A stretch of 32,000 bases of DNA from positions 120,001 to 152,000 of the forward strand of contig NZ_CP064927.1 in assembly GCF_018336915.1 (NCBI RefSeq). The letters are read 5' to 3'. Source of the stretch: Acaryochloris marina S15. Lineage in GTDB: Bacteria; Cyanobacteriota; Cyanobacteriia; Thermosynechococcales; Thermosynechococcaceae. A program made the translations under genes and the position numbers. This document shows positions 9,349-17,173 of the stretch, piece after piece; the first letter of the stretch is position 1; every line of letters begins with the position of its first letter. Under the pieces are notes generated by a model. That model ran no database searches and was not told the origin of the DNA. It worked only from the letters and a program-made list of their open reading frames with translations.

Positions 9349-9927
9349 ATGAAAAATTCAAAAAGTATTATTTTACCTAGGAATTGTGAATCCATTTGGT
9401 TAATTGGATTTCGATTTGACCCAGATATTGCAAAGCCAGACTTTTTAACTCTTATTTTTTCTGGAGATGAAGACTTACCCTTAACACTTAATAATTATAT
9501 TTTGTTTTTTAGAGATATTAAATTAATAGAAATTGAAGCCGATCCTTCAAGTGAAATACAAAACCTTCAACTACCACAAGAAATTAATTTAGTTGTTGAT
9601 ATCGCAGAGATATCATATATACTTTTCAATGAAGATATAGATGAATCAATAGCAATTCTAGATTCATTAAACATAATATTTGATTTGGTTAAAGCTACAG
9701 GAATATCATTCAAGCCTATAGATAAAAAAAATTTGTATGCATTGGCCGATCACCTTACATTCAGCAAAGATTTATCTAGTTTCTTTTGTAATATCGATAT
9801 AACGCGAGAAAATATTCATGATGCTATTCTCTGGTGCATTGGAGCAATTTGCTCTAAGTCCAAACTATTAGAAAATAAAATTATCTTGAATACAATAGGA
9901 AGCGTAACAAACCTACCTGCTAGCTAA
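9349..9927 (+). CDS. Hypothetical acidic cytoplasmic protein, candidate cognate immunity protein of the RHS C-terminal domain
   Basis: First ORF downstream of the toxin gene on the same strand. Extremely AT-rich (about 25% G+C in a hand-counted 60-nt sample). No signal peptide or TM segment. ATG at 9349 preferred over the TTG at 9343 used by the ORF track. No recognisable motif. Confidence 0.55.
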   Translation: MKNSKSIILPRNCESIWLIGFRFDPDIAKPDFLTLIFSGDEDLPLTLNNYILFFRDIKLIEIEADPSSEIQNLQLPQEINLVVDIAEISYILFNEDIDESIAILDSLNIIFDLVKATGISFKPIDKKNLYALADHLTFSKDLSSFFCNIDITRENIHDAILWCIGAICSKSKLLENKIILNTIGSVTNLPAS

Positions 9928-9938
9928 GTATTTATGAT

Positions 9939-10172
9939 ATGCTCCAAGCATCCGTTCGGTCAGGGAGCATCGTCTTGGAGTACGAGTTACGCATTGTTGT
10001 TGAGAAGGTTGCCATCAGTACTCAAGAAGTGGTTAAGCGCAACACGATTAAAGTCTACGATATTAAAGCACCTGAATCGAAATTGTCAGGGCTGATTGTC
10101 CAGAATTGAGAAATCGACACCGTCCTGATAGGCTGAGCCTTGTCCCTGAGCCATACTCTGTCTGTATTTAAT
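9939..10172 (+). CDS. Unlisted 77-codon ORF (MLQASVRSGSIVLEYELRIVVEKVAISTQEVVKRNTIKVYDIKAPESKIVRADCPEL...), hypothetical
   Basis: Hand translation from the ATG at 9939 runs without a stop to the TAA at 10170-10172, which overlaps the IS6 transposase ATG. It is absent from the supplied ORF track. No motif recognised. Confidence 0.25.
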
Positions 10173-10527
10173 GGATTGTCCTCATTGCAACTCAACCCGA
10201 GTCTCATTTCTTTAGAGTAAGACTGACCTTGGCTATGCTCGGTTTCGATGCAAAGTGTGTCGGCGGAGTTACAATGAGCGAACTGGTACTCCCTTCAACT
10301 TTATTGAAGTTCCGACAGACATAGTATTCCAGGTGCTTCTACTTCGAGTACGCTACAAACTCAGCTATCGAGATGTGGCCGAGTACTTCTTGAGCCGGGG
10401 CTTAGTTTTCACTCATGAAACCGTGCGAGATTGGGAGGAAAGATTTCTGCCTCACTTTACGGAACAGATTCGGACTAAACGGAAGGGAAAAGTAGGCAAG
10501 GTATGGCTTGTGGACGAAACTTATGTC
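10172..10527 (+). pseudogene. IS6-family transposase, N-terminal fragment with an in-frame TAG and 3' truncation
   Basis: MDCPHCNSTRVSFL*SKTDLGYARFRCKVCRRSYNERTGTPFNFIEVPTDIVFQVLLLRVRYKLSYRDVAEYFLSRGLVFTHETVRDWEERF...VWLVDETYV. Zn-finger + HTH + the first catalytic Asp motif DETYV are typical of IS6/IS26-like enzymes. Similarity stops right after DETYV. Confidence 0.75.
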
Positions 10528-12281
10528 GGCCTTCCAATAGTAACGGTTCCTGTTGGCGAATGTATTTGTGAGCATTAATACTTAGCGATCTGTCCAAATA
10601 CCCCCTTGGAAAATGAGGAATTGCAAAGGCCCATTTTTCTGTTACTTCATCGACCTAGCATGAACTCAACGCTGTTCATAGAGCAAGGAGCACCCTGCTA
10701 TGTCTATGCACCCTCACCCCATTCAGCCAGTTCCCGAAAACACAGCCACAGTCGCTCATCTAGCATTTCCTAAAGGCAATCGATACATCACGCTACGCGA
10801 TGAAATTGGCACCTTCTTTACTGATGAAGACTTCAGGGACTTGTTTTCAGTTTATGGTCAATCTGCGATCAGTCCCTGGCAACTTGCCCTCATCTGTATC
10901 CTGCAATTTCTAGAAGATCTGACAGATCGACAAGCAGCAGATGCCGTTCGTAGCCGCATTGATTGGAAATACTTACTAGGACTGGAGTTGACCGACCCAG
11001 GATTTGACTATTCCGTATTATCTGAATTTCGAGCACGGTTGATTGAAGGGCAAGCAGAACAACGCTTGTTGGATTTACTCCTATCAGAATGCAAAACCCG
11101 AGGCTGGCTGAAGCAACGAGGTAAACAACGAACTGATTCAACGCATGTATTAGCTGCCACACGCACCCTCAACCGTTTAGAGTGTGTGGGTGAAACCCTA
11201 AGAGCAGCACTGAATAGTATTGCTACGGTTGCGCCAGATTGGCTACAAGCGTGGGTTCCCCTTGAATGGTTTGACCGTTATCGTCGTTCAATTGAGGAAT
11301 ATCGCTTGCCGAAGGGAATTACTCCTCGTCAAGAATATGCGGCAGTCATTGGTGCAGATGGGATGCATCTACTAGAGAGAGTTTGGGACGATTCAGCCCC
11401 TTCAAAGTTGAGAGAAATACCGACTGTTGAGGTCCTGCGCCGTACTTGGGTCAACCAATACCAGATTGTTGAAGGACAAGTCCAGTTGAGAGCAGCCAAG
11501 AATATTCCGCCTGCAGGAGAGCGAATTGATTCTCCCTATGATCCAGATGCCCGGTTTGGGAATAAACGTTCTACGACCTGGACAGGCTATAAAGTTCATT
11601 GGACTGAAACTTGTGATGATGAGCAGGTGCATTTGATTACTCATGTCATGACAACCCATGGCCATCAAACCGATCTTGGACAGACCCCACAAGTGCATAT
11701 GGCTCTTAAGGCAAAAGGTTTGCTACCGGCTGAGCATATGGTTGATACAGCTTATGTCGATTCTCCTTTGATGCTGAATAGTCCAAGAGATTATGGAATT
11801 GAACTGGTCGGCCCTATGCGTCCAGTTGCCAATTGGCAATCTCATGATCCTGAGGCCTATGACTTGAAGCGTTTTCAGATCAACTGGGAAACTCAAACCG
11901 TAACATGTCCACAAGGGAAAACGAGTAAGAGTTGGGGACCGGGAAAAGACACAGCAGGACGCCCAATATTTCATGTCAAGTTCTCATCAAAAGACTGTAG
12001 TCCTTGTGCTCAAAGATCTCTGTGCACTCGATGTAAGCGTTCACCTCGTCATTTAATGGTGCGTCCCAAGGAGGAACATGAGGCGATAGAAGCTATTCGT
12101 CAGGAGCAGAAGACTCCAGAATGGCAAGAACGCTATGACAGACGTGCAGGCATAGAAGGGACTCTGGCAACAGGTATCCAAGTTTTTGGGTTGAGACAAA
12201 CTCGATATATTGGCCTTGCCAAAACTCATTTGCAGCATGTTTTCTCGACCGTAGCCATGAATATACGTCGTCTCGTTTCAT
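10528..12281 (+). mobile_element. IS1182-family-like insertion sequence, inserted into the IS6 transposase gene and itself truncated at its right end by the Tn3-family IR (left boundary approximate)
   Basis: The IS6 reading frame loses similarity at ~10528. The transposase ORF starts at 10700 after an AAGGAG site. The right end is replaced at 12282 by GGGGTATGAC... Confidence 0.65.
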
Positions 12282-12337
12282 GGGGTATGACAACGATTCC
12301 TAGGTTAGAGGGCCATAAGGCTGAAATCTATATCTGA
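10700..12337 (+). CDS. IS1182-family (IS5-like, InsH-N/DUF772 + DDE) transposase; last ~18 codons are read-through into the Tn3-family IR
   Basis: SPWQLALICILQFLEDLTDRQAADAVRSRIDWKYLLGLELTDPGFDYSVLSEFRARL (InsH-N-type), Cys-rich TCPQGK...CSPCAQRSLCTRC, C-terminal RYDRRAGIEGTLATGIQVFGLRQTRYIGLAKTHLQHVFSTVAMNIRRL. The sequence ...LVSW|GMTTIPRLEGHKAEIYI* is encoded by the transposon IR from nt 12282. Confidence 0.8.
   Translation: MSMHPHPIQPVPENTATVAHLAFPKGNRYITLRDEIGTFFTDEDFRDLFSVYGQSAISPWQLALICILQFLEDLTDRQAADAVRSRIDWKYLLGLELTDPGFDYSVLSEFRARLIEGQAEQRLLDLLLSECKTRGWLKQRGKQRTDSTHVLAATRTLNRLECVGETLRAALNSIATVAPDWLQAWVPLEWFDRYRRSIEEYRLPKGITPRQEYAAVIGADGMHLLERVWDDSAPSKLREIPTVEVLRRTWVNQYQIVEGQVQLRAAKNIPPAGERIDSPYDPDARFGNKRSTTWTGYKVHWTETCDDEQVHLITHVMTTHGHQTDLGQTPQVHMALKAKGLLPAEHMVDTAYVDSPLMLNSPRDYGIELVGPMRPVANWQSHDPEAYDLKRFQINWETQTVTCPQGKTSKSWGPGKDTAGRPIFHVKFSSKDCSPCAQRSLCTRCKRSPRHLMVRPKEEHEAIEAIRQEQKTPEWQERYDRRAGIEGTLATGIQVFGLRQTRYIGLAKTHLQHVFSTVAMNIRRLVSWGMTTIPRLEGHKAEIYI
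12282..12319 (+). repeat. Tn3-family terminal inverted repeat (tnpA-proximal end)
   Basis: GGGGTATGACAACGATTCCTAGGTTAGAGGGCCATAAG. Same GGGG...TAAG, 38-bp format as classical Tn3 ends. Confidence 0.85.
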
Positions 12338-12451
12338 TAGTTATTCCAGGCGACGTTTGAATTTAATTCTGTGAGATGGAAGTCCATTTCGGTACTGATG
12401 TCCTATTCTTAAACTCTCTTGCCAACTGATCAACATAGTTTTAACCACCGA

Positions 12452-15400
12452 CTACACCAATATGGGTTCAGCCTCTTGTTCCTTTAGAGCAATCGGAATA
12501 TCAAAATTGATGGGTGGCGGATTACGCTGTTGATCTAAGAAGAATAGTCCGAACCGATTGAGATGGTCCATCCAATAAGGGCTCAGTAACGCCAATACCT
12601 CTGCATCAAACATGCGGCCATTTTGGGCTTCCTCATTGAGAATGCGACTCATCTCTGAAACGTTGTAGAAAATGAGACAGTTGGCCACCAGGTGATTGTA
12701 TTTGATGCGCTTTCGGAGTTCAGCTCGGTTATTGCTAGAGAGGACTTGGTTTTCACCGCCAAAGGCGAGCCACTTAATAAAGCGATTGAATGACTCACAC
12801 TTGTTGGTTTCAGCATGGATCGTTTCCTGCATTTGAGGGTCGTTGATGTACTGCAGTAAGAAAATGGTTCTCAAGACACCTCCAAGCTCATGAAATGCTT
12901 GAAATAGCTTATTCTTGCGGCTATTGGTTCCCAACTTTCTCAACAGGGTAGAGGCTTGAACTTTCCCTTCTTTGATGGACAACGCTACCCGTAACATATC
13001 CGGTAAGTGGGTTTCAATTAGATCCCAGTCCGTCACCTCGGTGAACAAGCTGTCCAAATGCTTGTAGCGGGTCCCCCGAGATGGCCGATAAAACGCTAAG
13101 CTCTGCCAACCTCGAATGCGAGGCATCAGGGTAATGCCCAATAGAAACGCCAAGGCAAACACCGTACAGCTTTGGGATTGAGTATCGCCATGAATCGTGT
13201 CCGGTTGAATTTCAGACGTATTTTTGAGCAACCCATCAAGGATGTAAATGGCTTCCCACACCCCGCAAGGAATAAAGTGACTGAACAGGGCAATGTAGGT
13301 GTCGCTGATGTGGTAGTAGCCAATGCCGCCATAGCCACCATAGCGGATGTGATATTCCGCCAATAGATTCTGCTCATACATATCCCACTTGGTTCCATCC
13401 ACTGAAGCCTGTTTGCCGGACCCCCAAACCTTGGGAAGCGAAAAGCGGTTATAGGAATCGATGATCTCAGTAATGGCCTGCTGGATGTTCTCTTCACTTA
13501 TGTGGCGATGGTGAATCCAGGAGATTTGACGACGGTTAGTTCCGGGTAACGACCGTTCCAATTGGCTGGTGCCAATGTTACAGCCGAAACAGAATGTGGT
13601 GGCGATATATCGTTCAACTGGATCTGTGATCTTGGCGTCAAAGCCAGATAGGGGACCGAAGCATTGGGTCCAGTTGAGCCATTTCTCGGTGTCACACAGC
13701 ACATCCAGAATAGAGACGGGTTTGATCTTCCGTTCAATGAGTGCCTTCACTTCCGCCAATCCTTCGGGTAATTGACGTTGGCGTTTATGGATTACCAGAC
13801 GGTCTTTTTTAAAGCTCAAGTGAGCATTGGTGGGGAAGGCCTGATCTGCCGTCTTGGCCGCTTCTCGTAACCGGTGCTTCATCTCTTGAACAAAGGCCTT
13901 ACCCTCCGTTGGCAGATTGATCATCTTGCCATACTCTTCAGCTGAGTCCTGGTATTCTTCCCAAGAAATCAACTGGCTGTAATAGTCCCCAAATTCGTTA
14001 CTGCCCGGAATATACAAATCCCCCGACTGCAATTCCAGACTGATATGGGAGAACACACACAACTCAAAGTAAAGGCGATGAACTTTGGTGGGTGGAGTCT
14101 GTTGTGAATCCATGATCAACGACCGCCACTTGTTAGGCACCCAACTGAGATCCAGCATCGGGACAACCGCTTCATCAGGGCTGCCCTGATTCACGATCTG
14201 GGTCATCGGCACCCATTTACTGCGTTTGGACCGATGGGCTTTGATAAATTCAACCGCGTTGATTAAAGACTGGTCCTGGGTGCTGGAGCACAAGGGGAGT
14301 TGCTCTAGGAGTCGGAAGAATACGGCTCGATGAGCACGATAGAAACGGGTCAAAAAAGAGAAGTAGTTGTTGCCCACATAGGCTAAATGCTCTTGGCAAT
14401 CGTCAATGAGCTGTTGTGGATCATTCCCAATCACAATTTTCATCGACTTGAAGCGTGTGGTGATCCGGCCTTCAGAGTCATAGGCCAACAGAACATGCAA
14501 GAAGATGTCGATGAGTTCATCCGTGCGAGCTTGCGTCCTGCGACGATAGTCACTCAGGGCTTCTGCTCCCTTGTGATGGAGCTGGCGGACCCGTTTGATA
14601 AACATCTCCGCTAAATCATCCAGTGTGTTGGCATATTGAGACGATAGCAAGGCCAGGGCTAAGGTATAGCGTTTGGCGTCGCTCATTTCTTTCATGCGAG
14701 CAGCATCTAAAGACTGGGCCTCTGCGGCGAGGGCCTTGATCTTGACGGCGGGAATATCCTGCAAACCGGAATTTGGGATCTGCAGATCAGCCAACCATTC
14801 CAACCGTTCAATCCACTCTTGCAGCCGCGAGAGCAAGGGTTTGCCGGGGTCTTCCTTCAAGCGGTTCCATAACGATTTCTCTACTAGCGAAGCCGACACA
14901 AATAACCGATTCAGCTTCACCCGCTCCGTCCGCTTTAAGGTCTGACTGACTTGTTCATACTGCTTTGTAGCCACCGCTTTTCGGACCTCTCGTGCAGCTT
15001 GGTCTAGGGTATAAAAAGCTGGGAGCTCAAATCGATGGCGGACCAATTCTTCAATGGCCACATTGATCAAGTCTGGGAGTTCATGTTTGGTCAATGCCGC
15101 CTTTTCCATCGATTCATGGACAACGGCACTGGCTTGGGGGCCATACTTGGTAATTTGTAAATAGCTGCGAATCACCCGCAAATGTCGTTGATGGGCTTTA
15201 GAACGATCATAAGTTGCCAGATCGGGTTGGAAACCGCGTAGGCCAGCTAAGGTGGCGATGTGACGTACCGCAGTAGTTGGTGCATCACTGGTCTTGATGG
15301 CATAGCCTAAGCGTTGGTAAGTTTTCAGGGACACCAAAAACCCCAATTGAGTTTGAGCACTTCGGGTGAGGTGCTTTGCTAGGGCTAATTCCTCTTGGGT

Positions 15401-15481
15401 TGGGGTGTAGATGGCTGAGAGATCTTCATTGGAGGGGTTCCGCTTTAAGCGTGGATAAGCAGTCTCATGTACACTGGCCAC
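12452..15481 (-). CDS. tnpA: Tn3-family transposase TnpA (~1009 aa)
   Basis: Length and N terminus MASVHETAYPRLK... (DUF4158-type) plus a large C-terminal DDE region. Start assigned to the GTG at 15481 (codon 44 of the 1052-aa track ORF), preceded by AAGGAGA 9 nt upstream. The longer ORF would overlap the upstream gene out of frame. Confidence 0.9.
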   Translation of the reverse strand: MASVHETAYPRLKRNPSNEDLSAIYTPTQEELALAKHLTRSAQTQLGFLVSLKTYQRLGYAIKTSDAPTTAVRHIATLAGLRGFQPDLATYDRSKAHQRHLRVIRSYLQITKYGPQASAVVHESMEKAALTKHELPDLINVAIEELVRHRFELPAFYTLDQAAREVRKAVATKQYEQVSQTLKRTERVKLNRLFVSASLVEKSLWNRLKEDPGKPLLSRLQEWIERLEWLADLQIPNSGLQDIPAVKIKALAAEAQSLDAARMKEMSDAKRYTLALALLSSQYANTLDDLAEMFIKRVRQLHHKGAEALSDYRRRTQARTDELIDIFLHVLLAYDSEGRITTRFKSMKIVIGNDPQQLIDDCQEHLAYVGNNYFSFLTRFYRAHRAVFFRLLEQLPLCSSTQDQSLINAVEFIKAHRSKRSKWVPMTQIVNQGSPDEAVVPMLDLSWVPNKWRSLIMDSQQTPPTKVHRLYFELCVFSHISLELQSGDLYIPGSNEFGDYYSQLISWEEYQDSAEEYGKMINLPTEGKAFVQEMKHRLREAAKTADQAFPTNAHLSFKKDRLVIHKRQRQLPEGLAEVKALIERKIKPVSILDVLCDTEKWLNWTQCFGPLSGFDAKITDPVERYIATTFCFGCNIGTSQLERSLPGTNRRQISWIHHRHISEENIQQAITEIIDSYNRFSLPKVWGSGKQASVDGTKWDMYEQNLLAEYHIRYGGYGGIGYYHISDTYIALFSHFIPCGVWEAIYILDGLLKNTSEIQPDTIHGDTQSQSCTVFALAFLLGITLMPRIRGWQSLAFYRPSRGTRYKHLDSLFTEVTDWDLIETHLPDMLRVALSIKEGKVQASTLLRKLGTNSRKNKLFQAFHELGGVLRTIFLLQYINDPQMQETIHAETNKCESFNRFIKWLAFGGENQVLSSNNRAELRKRIKYNHLVANCLIFYNVSEMSRILNEEAQNGRMFDAEVLALLSPYWMDHLNRFGLFFLDQQRNPPPINFDIPIALKEQEAEPILV

Positions 15482-15486
15482 TGCCT

Positions 15487-15960
15487 CTACTCTCCTTTCG
15501 TCTGTAGCTGGGTTTGATAAGGGGTTCCGCAATAGGGGCAAAAACGATGCTTGAGAGAGGTGATGGGTTCTTGGCAGCTGATACAGCGATCTTGTAGCCG
15601 AGTACCACAAGCAAAACAGTGTTTAGATCTGATATCCATCCACAGGGGTTCAGGCGCACTGCCGGCGCGCCAACACTGGGGGCAAAACTTCAAAGTTTGC
15701 GTGGCTTGGATGGCTCGGCCTCTGCTAATGGAATCCAAGTAATCTGGAGGGATTTGTAGGGCACATGCTAAACCCTGACGTGTTTTGTGATTGAGGGAGT
15801 GGGTTTTACCGCGCTCCAGCTTACCCAAACTTTGGGCGTGGATATTGGCCTTAAGGGCGACTTCCTTCTGGGTGAGACCGAGTCTGACTCGCAGGCGGCG
15901 AAGATACTCAGCCAAGGATTCATCAGGATGGGGGAGGGCATCAGATTCTAAAGGTTGCAT
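15487..15960 (-). CDS. XRE-type helix-turn-helix protein with two C-terminal zinc ribbons (157 aa), transposon-encoded, translationally coupled to tnpA
   Basis: LAEYLRRLRVRLGLTQKEVALKANIHAQSLGKLERGKTHS (HTH_XRE), then CPQC-x17-CFAC and CISC-x11-CPYC. Its stop TAG (15487-15489) lies 5 nt from the tnpA GTG, and the tnpA RBS is inside its last codons. Start set at MQPLE (15960) because the longer track ORF overlaps the divergent recombinase gene. Confidence 0.75.
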   Translation of the reverse strand: MQPLESDALPHPDESLAEYLRRLRVRLGLTQKEVALKANIHAQSLGKLERGKTHSLNHKTRQGLACALQIPPDYLDSISRGRAIQATQTLKFCPQCWRAGSAPEPLWMDIRSKHCFACGTRLQDRCISCQEPITSLKHRFCPYCGTPYQTQLQTKGE

Positions 15961-16040
15961 GGATTTATCACTTAATATTCCTTCTCCAGAGGTATAGTGC
16001 ATGAGGCGAAGTGAGTCTTTAGATTTAAGCAAAGCTCTAG

Positions 16041-16934
16041 ATGAATCAGCCTTTAGCCACCGTGGCGACCCAGTTTTTAGATCGCCCCCATCTGGCCCCG
16101 AGTACAACCCGTTCCTATGAACTGACCCTGATGCCGTTATTGAAGCAATATGGCAGCTGGTCAGTGGAATTATTAGATGCTGAGATCCTGTCAGACTATC
16201 TCAATAGCCTGACGCACCTGTCTTACACCACTCACCACCGGCATCAAGCTACCCTCAATGCCTTGCTCAACTTTGCTGTTCGCCAGAGGTATATCCGCAG
16301 CAATCCCATTGCCCAGTTAGAGCATCGTTCACCGGATAGAGCTAAGGGAGAACATCTAAGTGATCAGCCCATTCGATTCTTGAAACCAGAGCAATTGACC
16401 ACCCTGTATCAAGCTGTTTATAACGATGCGCGTTTGTATGCACTGGTGAAGCTATTGCATCACAGTGGGGCCCGCATTTCAGAAATTTTGGCCTTGGATT
16501 TGGCAGAAGTCGATCTAGAGCAACGACAATTTCAGGTCGTGGGTAAAGGCAACAAAACCCGTTGGTGCTTTTATAGCGAAGATGCAGCTGCAGCCTTGCA
16601 GAAATACATTGAGTTCTATCGCCATACGCCCTCGCCGGCATTATTCACAGCCCAAAAGACCCCCACAAGTTCGGTGACACGTATGAGTTACCGAACAGCC
16701 CATCATCACTGGCATCAATCGATTCAAAGCTATCAACATCTTCAGGGAGTGAGGTTGCACGATCTGCGCCATACCTTTGCGACAGAGCGAGTGGGACTAA
16801 TGGGGCTTGAGGAACTCAGAGCCTTAATGGGACACCAACATATCCAGACAACCCTTCGATATCAGACAGTCACATCCGAACAAGCAAAAGGGGCTGCTCA
16901 GCGAGCGTTTCAACGTTTAGCAAATACAGTCTAA
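16041..16934 (+). CDS. Tyrosine recombinase (phage-integrase/XerC-D-like), probable cointegrate resolvase of the transposon
   Basis: Catalytic signature in order: GARISEILAL (Arg), KGNKTR (Lys), LHDLRHTFAT (His-x-x-Arg), LMGHQHIQTTLRY (His, Tyr). Divergent from the HTH gene, inside the IRs. Confidence 0.9.
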   Translation: MNQPLATVATQFLDRPHLAPSTTRSYELTLMPLLKQYGSWSVELLDAEILSDYLNSLTHLSYTTHHRHQATLNALLNFAVRQRYIRSNPIAQLEHRSPDRAKGEHLSDQPIRFLKPEQLTTLYQAVYNDARLYALVKLLHHSGARISEILALDLAEVDLEQRQFQVVGKGNKTRWCFYSEDAAAALQKYIEFYRHTPSPALFTAQKTPTSSVTRMSYRTAHHHWHQSIQSYQHLQGVRLHDLRHTFATERVGLMGLEELRALMGHQHIQTTLRYQTVTSEQAKGAAQRAFQRLANTV

Positions 16935-17135
16935 TAAGATGCTTTCAAACTAAGGATATTGGTAGCTCGATAACTACTACCTTGCAGGTAAAAATGGAGA
17001 GATCTCAGAATATAAGAATTACTCTGCAATCAAAGAATGAGTTTAAAAACGAGGCTAAGACAATGAAAATGACTTCCATTTCACGAGATTAAATTCAATC
17101 GTCGCCTGGAATAACTATCAGATATAGATTTCAGC

Positions 17136-17173
17136 CTTATGGTCCTCTAACCTAGGAATCGTTGTCATACCCC
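17136..17173 (-). repeat. Tn3-family terminal inverted repeat (recombinase-proximal end)
   Basis: The reverse complement reads GGGGTATGACAACGATTCCTAGGTTAGAGGACCATAAG (one mismatch to the other end). Extended similarity continues to ~17071, versus ~12384 on the left. Confidence 0.85.

Larger units (their letters stand above)
12282..17173 (-). mobile_element. Complete Tn3-family transposon (4892 bp): IR - tnpA - HTH/Zn-ribbon gene - divergent tyrosine recombinase - IR; no passenger genes
   Basis: Terminal 38-bp IRs start GGGG and end TAAG (37/38 identical). IR similarity extends ~100 bp inward. Encodes a ~1009-aa DUF4158/DDE_Tnp_Tn3-type transposase. Confidence 0.85.

Noticed and set aside
10255-10578. 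Track ORF as an independent 107-aa gene
   Set aside because: It is the middle of the IS6 transposase pseudogene. The same frame starts at the ATG at 10172 and is interrupted by a TAG. Its last 17 codons are read-through into the next IS.
15482-15610. N-terminal 43-codon extension of the Tn3 transposase ORF (1052 aa)
   Set aside because: The extension overlaps the HTH/Zn-ribbon gene out of frame. A GTG with a good RBS gives the conserved MASVHETAYPRLK start.
15961-16107. N-terminal extension of the HTH/Zn-ribbon ORF (206 aa)
   Set aside because: It would overlap the divergent recombinase start. The extension is low-complexity, and the internal Met at 15960 precedes the HTH domain.
17162-17173. 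Track start (TTG) of ORF 17162-17650
   Set aside because: These codons lie in the transposon terminal repeat. The ORF is a truncated IS4-family transposase fragment, not an intact gene.
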